Positions 52,076 to 58,890 of a stretch of 58,890 nt of DNA are shown here, piece after piece (position 1 is the first letter of the stretch; the number at the start of each line of letters is the position of its first letter). Position numbers and translations under genes: made by a program. This DNA comes from Oscillospiraceae bacterium (GTDB taxonomy: Bacteria > Bacillota > Clostridia > Oscillospirales > UBA929), in contig WRMG01000003.1 of assembly GCA_009777255.1 (NCBI GenBank), positions 1 through 58,890 on the forward strand, given 5' to 3'. Below the pieces are notes generated by a model. The model had not been told where the DNA came from, searched no databases, and saw only the letters and a program-made list of their open reading frames with translations.

Positions 52076-54177
52076 GCGAAATTCTGTTCGCAATCTCTGC
52101 GGGACATGTTTATGCGGCCCTTGTCGTCGATCTCAACGATTTTTACCCATGTCATGTCGCCGATATTTACGACGTCCTCGCATTTCGCCACGCGCTCCTT
52201 GGCCAGCTTGGAGATATGCACCATGCCTTCCTTGCCCGGCGCGAACTCGACGAACGCGCCGAAGGTCATTATGCGTGTGACCTTGCCGAAAAATACCTCG
52301 CCGATTTGCGGGTCAAGCACGATAGACTCGATGATTTTAAGCGCCTTGGCGCAGTTGTCGCGGTTCGACGACGAGATGAAAACCCGCCCGTCGTCCTCGA
52401 TGTCGATTTTCGCGCCCGTGTCGGCGACGATTTTTTGGATAACGCTGCCGCCCTTGCCGATAACGTCGCGGATCTTATCGACGTCGATCTGGGTCTGTAT
52501 CATCTTGGGCGCGTATGGAGAGACCTCGTCGCGCGGAGTGGCTATGCACGGGAGCATTATCTTGTCGAGGATTTCATAACGCGCGTCGCGTGTGACCTCC
52601 AGCGCGGACTTGATTATCTCCGGCGTAAGGCCGTCTATTTTCAAGTCCATCTGTATTGCCGTTATGCCGGCTTTGGTGCCGCCGACCTTGAAGTCCATGT
52701 CGCCGTAAAAGTCCTCGACGCCCTGAATATCCACAAAGGTCATCCAGCGGTCGTCTTCGGTGATAAGGCCGCAGGATATGCCCGCAACGGGCGCCTTGAT
52801 CGGCACGCCGGCGTCCATGAGCGCGAGCGTTGAAGCGCATACCGCGCCCTGAGAGGTCGAGCCGTTGCTGGAGACGACCTCGCTTACAAGCCTGATGCAG
52901 TACGGGAAATCTTCCTCGGTGGGGATGACCGGCTCGAGCGCGCGCTCGGCCAGCGCGCCGTGCCCGATCTCGCGCCGTCCGGGGCCGCGTGACGGCCTTG
53001 CCTCGCCGACGGAATACGGCGGGAAGTTATAGTGGTGCATATAGCGCTTGCTCTCGTCGTCGTAAATGGTGTCCAGCTTTTGGTTGTCCGAGATCATGCC
53101 CAGCGTCGCGGCGGTTAAAACCTGTGTCTGGCCGCGGGTGAACAGGCCCGAGCCGTGAACTCTGGGCAGTATGCCGACTTCCGCCGCGAGCGGGCGGACA
53201 TCTAAGAGACCTCTGCCGTCCACGCGCTTGTTGTCGTCGAGCAGCCAGCGGCGCACGACAAATTTCTGGAGCTTGTAAACGACCTCGCTCCAGTCCTGCT
53301 CCGCCGTGGGGAATTTTTCGAGCAGCGCGGGCATAAGCCCGTCGCGCAGCTGAGCCATGCGGGCTTCGCGCACGTTTTTGTCGTCGGTGTCAAGGGCGTT
53401 GCGTATTTTGTCAAGAACAGAGTCTTTAAGCTCGTCGTACATAGCCTGATTGAACGAACCCTTAGCGTATTCAAACTTGGGTTTGCCGACCTCGGCGACT
53501 ATGCCGCCGATAAACGCGCAGAGATTTTTTATCTCCTCGTGCGCGGCCGTGATGGCGTTGAGCATCGTATCCTCGGGGACTTCCCTGGCGCCCGCCTCGA
53601 TCATAACGACTTTCTTCTCAGAGCCCGCGACCGTCAGGTTTAAGTCGGAGGCTTCGCGCTCGGCGGCGCTTGGGTTGACGATCAGCTTGCCGTCTACCAG
53701 ACCCATGTGGACGCCCGCGATCGGGCCATTCCACGGAATGTCGGATATTGCCACGGCGATCGACGCGCCTATCATCGCCACGATCTCGGGCGAGTTGTCG
53801 CTCTCGACGGACAGTATCGTCGCCATGACGGAGACGTCGTTGCGCATGTCGCTGGGGAACAGCGGGCGCATGGGGCGGTCGATAAGCCTTGAGGCCAGAA
53901 CGGCGCGCTCGGAGGGGCGGCCTTCGCGCCGCATAAAGGAGCCGGGTATGCGCCCCACGGCGTAAAGGCGTTCTTCAAAGTCCACGGACAGGGGGAAATA
54001 GTCTATACCTTCGCGCACCTTGCCCGACGCGGTCGCGGTGACAAGGACTACCGTATCGCCGTATTTGAGCAGGCACGAACCGTTGGCCAGCTCCGCCAGC
54101 TTGCCGATTTCGACCGACAGCTCGCGGCCGCCAAGCTGCACGGTGTAAATCTTACTGTTAAATTTTCTTTCGTTCAA
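52072..54177 (-). CDS. pnp: polyribonucleotide nucleotidyltransferase (PNPase)
   Basis: Two RNase PH domains plus KH (GKGGSVIQKI) and S1 (GKVTRIMTFGAFVEF) domains. The probable TTG start at 54177 removes an unlikely 16-aa extension. Confidence 0.93.
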   Translation of the reverse strand: MNERKFNSKIYTVQLGGRELSVEIGKLAELANGSCLLKYGDTVVLVTATASGKVREGIDYFPLSVDFEERLYAVGRIPGSFMRREGRPSERAVLASRLIDRPMRPLFPSDMRNDVSVMATILSVESDNSPEIVAMIGASIAVAISDIPWNGPIAGVHMGLVDGKLIVNPSAAEREASDLNLTVAGSEKKVVMIEAGAREVPEDTMLNAITAAHEEIKNLCAFIGGIVAEVGKPKFEYAKGSFNQAMYDELKDSVLDKIRNALDTDDKNVREARMAQLRDGLMPALLEKFPTAEQDWSEVVYKLQKFVVRRWLLDDNKRVDGRGLLDVRPLAAEVGILPRVHGSGLFTRGQTQVLTAATLGMISDNQKLDTIYDDESKRYMHHYNFPPYSVGEARPSRGPGRREIGHGALAERALEPVIPTEEDFPYCIRLVSEVVSSNGSTSQGAVCASTLALMDAGVPIKAPVAGISCGLITEDDRWMTFVDIQGVEDFYGDMDFKVGGTKAGITAIQMDLKIDGLTPEIIKSALEVTRDARYEILDKIMLPCIATPRDEVSPYAPKMIQTQIDVDKIRDVIGKGGSVIQKIVADTGAKIDIEDDGRVFISSSNRDNCAKALKIIESIVLDPQIGEVFFGKVTRIMTFGAFVEFAPGKEGMVHISKLAKERVAKCEDVVNIGDMTWVKIVEIDDKGRINMSRRDCEQNFA

Positions 54178-54217
54178 GTTGTTTTCCTTCTTTCTACATA
54201 TAGGCTTCCCGGGGTTC

Positions 54218-54259
54218 GGGGGCAAAGCCCCCGCGTTGCCCGCAGGGCGCCTGCCCTAC
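54218..54259 (-). other. rpsO-pnp intercistronic hairpins (one is a GTAGGG-headed unit)
   Basis: Minus strand GTAGGGCAGGCGCCCTGC (GCAGG cgc CCTGC), then GGGGGC ttt GCCCCC. The rpsO TAG stop (54258-54256) lies inside GTAG. Confidence 0.7.
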
Positions 54260-54522
54260 TTTCTGATGCCCAGCTTGGCGATAATGGCGCGGTAGCGCTC
54301 GATGTCATTTTTAATGAGGTAGTCCAGAAGAGAACGGCGCGCGCCGACCATCTTCAAAAGCCCTCTCCGTGAATGGTTGTCCTTTTTGTGGATCTTCAGG
54401 TGTTCAGTAAGCTGGTTTATGCGCTCGGTCAGTATTGCGATCTGGACCTCGGGGGAGCCTGTGTCCGTGTCGTGGAGCCGGTTGTCGCTGATGATGCCGG
54501 TTTTTTGCTCTTTCAGTAACAT
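54256..54522 (-). CDS. rpsO: 30S ribosomal protein S15
   Basis: 89 aa. [41 protein letters not shown] at 54522 after AAGAAAGGTGAAG. Confidence 0.95.
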   Translation of the reverse strand: MLLKEQKTGIISDNRLHDTDTGSPEVQIAILTERINQLTEHLKIHKKDNHSRRGLLKMVGARRSLLDYLIKNDIERYRAIIAKLGIRK

Positions 54523-54605
54523 GATCTTCACCTTTCTTAATTTTATCCTCGCAGCGACGTAAGGGAGCGGTGATGTCCCAAACCTGGCCGCGGGTATCGT
54601 AGAGC

Positions 54606-54634
54606 AGTATAACATACTTTGATTATAATAACAA
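54606..54634 (-). promoter_or_regulatory. candidate rpsO promoter
   Basis: Minus strand TTGTTA, 17 nt, TATACT, leaving a leader of about 75-80 nt. Confidence 0.4.
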
Positions 54635-54656
54635 TATGTAAAAGCGAAAAAAACAT

Positions 54657-54683
54657 TAAAGTTTTGCGGGCATCATTCGATAT
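54657..54683 (+). promoter_or_regulatory. candidate sigma-D/sigma-28 type promoter upstream of flagellin
   Basis: TAAA (54657-54660), 15 nt, TTCGATAT (54676-54683), compared with the consensus TAAA-N15-GCCGATAT. Confidence 0.5.
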
Positions 54684-54914
54684 GTGCAGTGTAAGGCAAA
54701 AACCGCACGACAGAATCAGCAAAAAGTTCTCACACTCAAGGAAGTGCGAAATCACACTGAGCGCACATGATGTGCAGGATGCTCATAGGTAACCAACTGC
54801 TCAAAACAAGGACGTTTTAGCGGGTACCAAGTCGCAGCAAACGTTTAAGGCAAGCATGAGGACAGTGTCCGCATGACGCGAACGCCGCTTGAAAAATTTG
54901 AGGAGGAATTTATC

Positions 54915-56009
54915 ATGCGTATCCAAAACAACATTATGGCAATGAACACCCACCGTCAGCTCAGCATCAACCAGGTAAACCAGTCCAAATCGACCGAAAA
55001 ACTCAGCTCGGGCTACCGTATCAACAGAGCGGCCGACGACGCCGCGGGACTTTCTATCTCTGAAAAAATGCGTGCCCAGATCAGGGGCTTGAACCGTGCC
55101 TCGTCAAACGCGCAGGACGCTATCTCGCTTATACAGGCGGCTGAGGGCGCGCTGCAGGAATCCCACAGCATACTCCAGCGTATCCGCGAGCTGGCCGTTC
55201 AAGGCGCGAACGATGTTAACCAGAAGGAAGACCGCGATTCCATAATCGGCGAAATCAACCAGCTCGGCGTTGAGCTTGACCGTATCGCCACAACTACCAA
55301 CTTCAACGGCAAATACATACTGTCAGGTATATATGATGAAATAGAAGGCGACGACTCTCAGGCATGGCAGGACGGCGAAGCCGCCTGGCGTGATGAAATT
55401 GAAGCCGCAACCGGTATAACGGCCGGTGAACAATACGGCCCGCTGAACATTCAGGTCGGCGCGAACACTCTCGCCAGCGACGTTATCCAAATCGCCGTCA
55501 AGGGCGTGGGCGCGAGAGACTTGCTTGGTGTTGTGTGGGAGGATATAGATGATTACTCCGCCCGCATTAACCCCGGCGCTGATCCCGACGACCTTAAAGG
55601 CTTTGATCCCAGCGAAGTTAGCCCTGAAAACGAAGAGTTAAATGACGGAGAAACTGTCGGAGAAACCGGCGAAGTGTTTACATTAGGCTTTCAGGCGCTT
55701 ATCAATGTAATTGACGGCTTGAGCGCGGAGGGAGGCCAAATCGAAGACGGCGAACCGAAAACCGGTATCGCGCTTGTCAACGAACTGCGCTCCAACCTCG
55801 GCGCCGTGCAGAACCGCCTTGAGCATACAATCTCGAACGTTGACACGATCGCCGAGAACATGCAGGCCGCCGAAAGCCGCATCCGCGACGTGGACATGGC
55901 GAAAGAGATGATGGCGTTCACAAAGAACAACATTCTGAACCAGGCCGCCACCGCGATGCTGGCGCAAGCCAATCAGGTTCCGCAGACTGTTCTGTCCCTC
56001 ATTCGGTAA
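54915..56009 (+). CDS. fliC: flagellin
   Basis: Conserved N-terminus (MRIQNNIMAMN...SSGYRINRAADDAAGLSISEKM) and C-terminus (LGAVQNRLEHTI...AQANQVPQTVLSLIR). GAGGAGG RBS. The track start 54873 is upstream of the RBS. Confidence 0.93.
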   Translation: MRIQNNIMAMNTHRQLSINQVNQSKSTEKLSSGYRINRAADDAAGLSISEKMRAQIRGLNRASSNAQDAISLIQAAEGALQESHSILQRIRELAVQGANDVNQKEDRDSIIGEINQLGVELDRIATTTNFNGKYILSGIYDEIEGDDSQAWQDGEAAWRDEIEAATGITAGEQYGPLNIQVGANTLASDVIQIAVKGVGARDLLGVVWEDIDDYSARINPGADPDDLKGFDPSEVSPENEELNDGETVGETGEVFTLGFQALINVIDGLSAEGGQIEDGEPKTGIALVNELRSNLGAVQNRLEHTISNVDTIAENMQAAESRIRDVDMAKEMMAFTKNNILNQAATAMLAQANQVPQTVLSLIR

Positions 56010-56053
56010 GCTGAGTAAAAGAGCCTGACAGACAAAATTAATGCCATGAAATG

Positions 56054-56074
56054 GGGGTGGGTCACACCCGCCCC
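56054..56074 (+). terminator. weak stem-loop after flagellin
   Basis: GGGGTGGGT cac ACCCGCCCC 9-bp stem, followed by only TT. Confidence 0.35.
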
Positions 56075-56229
56075 TTGACGCAAAAGGGTCTTGCGGCCCT
56101 TAATGTACGCAGTCGCAATGAAAATCCGCGTTTTGGGCGGGATGCCCGCGGGCGACGGTCGCCCCGCCTGAAACAAGGCGCACGTAAGGAAACGTGACGC
56201 TGGGAAAAAATTAAAGGAGTGAGTTCCCC

Positions 56230-57387
56230 ATGAAAAGAAGACTATTCGCGTTAACCATTGCGCTGACATTCGCGTTGGCGCTCGTACCCGTCTTCGCAAG
56301 CGGCGCTGGCCCGGTTGGCGTTGGAGTCGTTACTGATTTGAGCGTGTTGCTTGTTGAAGAAGCCGACTTTAATACGTCAGACGATGTAGACGTCCAAACG
56401 CTGATGATTAAAGCTGATGACTATAAGGCTTATGCTTTGGTCACAGGGACTATCACCGCAACCACGAAAGTGTCGTGGACGGACATTAAAGCGGCCGACA
56501 GGCTTAAAGACGGCAATTTGGACATTTCCAAGCTGCTGAAAAACGACGGGTACTTAGTATTCACCCCCGACACAAAGGCCGATGCCGCCAACGGAGCAAA
56601 AACGGTCGCCTCTCTGAGCAGCTACGCGAAATCGTTGACACCGATTAAGCTGTATGCGTTCGGCGTCAAGAAATTGGCTTCCAAGCCGACCGTGGGCAAG
56701 CCCTCATATTCCGGCTTATCGGCTGCGATAACCGTACCCGAAGGCGCGGAGTGGACATATGCCGAGGATTACAACGGTTGGGCAGAAGTCGGCGGCACGA
56801 CGCTGACAATGCCTGTAGCGAGCTACAAGTACGACATTTGGGTCCGCGTAGCCGCCACCGCCACCACGGCGCCGTCCGTGTATGTCAAGGTTAGCATAGC
56901 CGCCGCCGCCAACGCTCCGTCCGTTAAAATGGACATAGCGAAGGGCACGGTCAAGGCGAAAGCGACATGGCTGGCGAGTATAGACGACGGTACAACATGG
57001 GCTACGCTCTCATCTCTCACGGATATTCAGACGAACGGCGTTGTCAATGTGGCCAGCCTGACCAGTGTGGGCAAATGGTACATTCAGTTCCAAATCCCGT
57101 CAACCGGCAGCAAGCCCGCTTCGAGCGTAACTGAATTGAGTTTGGCCGCTCCGAAAGCCAGCGCGGTTTCAGCTGCTGACCTCGTGCTCACGGCGAAAGA
57201 TGTTAAAGTCATAGGCGCCAAGCCGGTTCAGGCGTTCATAAATGGCAAGTGGAAAACCGTGAAAGCCATCAAGTTTGCGGATATCGAAGATAAAGCTCTC
57301 AAAATCCGTATGGCTGGAAACAAAACCACGCTGCCCGGAGATGAAATTACCGTAACGCTTAATAAAGCCACCGGTATACTGTCATAA
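56230..57387 (+). CDS. secreted hypothetical protein (Ala/Thr/Lys/Val-rich)
   Basis: Signal peptide MKRRLFALTIALTFALALVPVFASGA. AAAGGAG RBS. No recognisable motif and no anchor. Confidence 0.7.
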   Translation: MKRRLFALTIALTFALALVPVFASGAGPVGVGVVTDLSVLLVEEADFNTSDDVDVQTLMIKADDYKAYALVTGTITATTKVSWTDIKAADRLKDGNLDISKLLKNDGYLVFTPDTKADAANGAKTVASLSSYAKSLTPIKLYAFGVKKLASKPTVGKPSYSGLSAAITVPEGAEWTYAEDYNGWAEVGGTTLTMPVASYKYDIWVRVAATATTAPSVYVKVSIAAAANAPSVKMDIAKGTVKAKATWLASIDDGTTWATLSSLTDIQTNGVVNVASLTSVGKWYIQFQIPSTGSKPASSVTELSLAAPKASAVSAADLVLTAKDVKVIGAKPVQAFINGKWKTVKAIKFADIEDKALKIRMAGNKTTLPGDEITVTLNKATGILS

Positions 57388-57436
57388 CTCATTAAAACCG
57401 GCTGCTGAAAAAAGCAACTGAAAAACAACAAAAGAA

Positions 57437-57468
57437 CGGCGGACGCGTCAAGCGACCGCCGGTTTTTT
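57437..57468 (+). terminator. rho-independent terminator
   Basis: CGGCGG (13-nt loop) CCGCCG followed by G and TTTTTT. Confidence 0.75.
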
Positions 57469-57527
57469 GCGCCCCCAACGTGCCCCCGCCCCACGCCCCG
57501 CCGTGCCCCCCGCGCGCGCCGTACCCT

Positions 57528-57739
57528 GTAGGGACGGTCGCCCCGCCCCCCCGTCGCGCCCTCAGCCATCTTTAGAAAAGAGGGTGGCGCGAAGCGCCGG
57601 GTGTTTTGCGTCCCCCGTCCGTTTCCCCAATTCCCCTCCTTGGAGGGGTGGCGCGAAGCGCCGGGGTGGTTTCCCCCACAGGGCCAAAAAATCAAATCAC
57701 CCGCCGGCCACGGGCCGGCACCCTCTTTGCGAAAGAGGG
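57528..57739. repeat. REP/BIME-like hairpin mosaic
   Basis: GTAGGGACGGTCGCCCC head at 57528. Hairpins at 57567-57583, 57586-57598, 57633-57648 (CCCCTCCttGGAGGGG preceded by CCCCAATT), 57650-57662, 57703-57719 and 57721-57739. Confidence 0.8.
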
Positions 57740-57997
57740 CAAGGGTCACGCGGGCGGCGGCCGATTTTCCCTCGCGGGGCCGTTTTATTTTTTCATTTGT
57801 CCGCCGCTGACGCGCGGCGAATACCCCTTGTAATATGCCGCGAGGCCCCTCCGTATGACCCCAAAATGCAGTTCGCTCCGCTAAAAGTGCTTTTCGCTCC
57901 ACGAAATGACCTCAAAACGGAAAATCCATGTTATTATATTTCATAGCGGTTTTATTTCCCGGCGGCTGCCGCAAAACACTATGTGAGGTATAATATT

Positions 57998-58228
57998 ATG
58001 GACACTTTCAATTCAGAGGTCGGGGGCCGGGTTAGGGAAAAAAGGCTCGCTTTGAAATTGTCAAGGCACAAGCTCGCGCAGACGGTGAACATAAGCGATA
58101 AATTCCTCTACGACATAGAAATGGGTAAAAAAGGAATGTCCGCCAGAACGCTGCTGAGATTAGCGGAGGCATTAAACGTTTCCGCCGGCTGGCTGCTGGC
58201 CGAAAAGCGGTCGCGGCGGCGCAAGTAA
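57998..58228 (+). CDS. small XRE-family HTH regulator
   Basis: VREKRLALKLSRHKLAQTVNISDKFLYDIEMGKKGMS. ATG at 57998 after GAGG. GTG at 57983 is also possible. Confidence 0.75.
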   Translation: MDTFNSEVGGRVREKRLALKLSRHKLAQTVNISDKFLYDIEMGKKGMSARTLLRLAEALNVSAGWLLAEKRSRRRK

Positions 58229-58323
58229 CCGCGTGCGGAAACGCGCTTTCGGCTTGTTTGGCTATACGGTTGAAACGGGCGCCGCCGCGCGTGGCGCGAA
58301 CGGCGCGAAAGGGGGACGAGCGC

Positions 58324-58803
58324 ATGTATCACGCTTTTCCGCCGCTCATAAGCGGGCGGCCGAAAATCCTGATACTCGGAACATTCCCAAGCCCGCTCTC
58401 CCGTGAGAGGGGCGAATATTATGGAAACCCGCGGAATATGTTCTGGAGGATAATCTTCGGCGTTTTCGGAGCGGAATTCGGCAGCCCGGATTACGGCGAA
58501 AAGAAACGGCTGCTTTTCGATAACGGTATCGCGCTGTGGGACGTTATTGAAAGCTGCGAAATCGACGGAGCGCTTGACAGCGCGATAAAAAATCCCGTTT
58601 ACAACACGGCGCTGCCGGGATTTATAGAGGCGAACGGTATCCGGGCCGTCGCGTTCAACGGCGGGAACGCCTATAAATTTTACCGGCGCGGCATAGGGCC
58701 GGCGGAAAAAACGGTTCTGCCGTCGACAAGCCCCGCCAACGCGAGGTTGGATTATGGCGGCAAATTGGCCGCGTGGTCGGCGGCAATCCTGAAGAACGGC
58801 TGA
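58324..58803 (+). CDS. DNA-deoxyinosine (hypoxanthine) glycosylase, UDG superfamily
   Basis: ILILGTFPS...YYGNPRNMFW N-terminal motif and SPAN near the C-terminus. The ATG at 58324 is preferred over the track start 58258. Confidence 0.75.
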   Translation: MYHAFPPLISGRPKILILGTFPSPLSRERGEYYGNPRNMFWRIIFGVFGAEFGSPDYGEKKRLLFDNGIALWDVIESCEIDGALDSAIKNPVYNTALPGFIEANGIRAVAFNGGNAYKFYRRGIGPAEKTVLPSTSPANARLDYGGKLAAWSAAILKNG

Positions 58804-58890
58804 TACGGCTTTTCAGAGAATCCCGTTAATACGGCCGGCATAAGCGCCGCGGTTTTCGTGCGCGATTCCATGTGAATCGCGCGTGTTTTC

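Noticed and set aside
57228-57946. 224-aa minus and 159-aa plus ORFs in the 57.4-57.9 kb region
   Set aside because: They are composed of repeat hairpins with mirror-image ORFs on both strands and no start context.

Overview
GC-rich chromosomal segment that looks Firmicutes/Clostridia-like by gene content (inference only). The coding content is mostly ordinary. It includes a pyrimidine operon (pyrB-pyrI-pyrC-pyrF-pyrK-pyrD, then pyrE), a tRNA His-Gln-Lys cluster and two regulator-linked ABC exporter operons (TetR, YtrA/GntR). It also includes a prfB-pgeF-SBP-NUDIX operon, GH4 and GH5 genes, a maltodextrin/starch locus (SBP, two permeases, GH13, anchored pullulanase) and a YoeB/YefM toxin-antitoxin pair. 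Further genes are an AKR-MATE pair, mnmA, a GldA/GldF-GldG/DUF4340-type ABC system, rpsO-pnp, a lone flagellin gene and several HTH regulators. The unusual signal is non-coding. The larger intergenic gaps (1-212, 8992-9491, 10082-10549, 57528-57739, plus single copies elsewhere) are filled with mosaics of short GC-rich hairpins. Many have the GTAG(GG)+palindrome layout of REP elements, occur in both orientations, and show compensatory stem substitutions. In four cases the GTAG supplies the TAG stop codon of the adjacent gene. Three perfect consensus parS (ParB/Spo0J) sites sit inside these mosaics within about 1.35 kb around pyrE. Two of them lie on a ~130-bp module duplicated at a 334-bp offset. 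Other points worth a second look are a J-domain protein with a degenerate GGDEF domain, an ECF sigma factor paired with a soluble repeat protein, C-terminally anchored glycosidases and an orphan solute-binding protein. All product calls rest on motifs read from the supplied translations. No database search was run.
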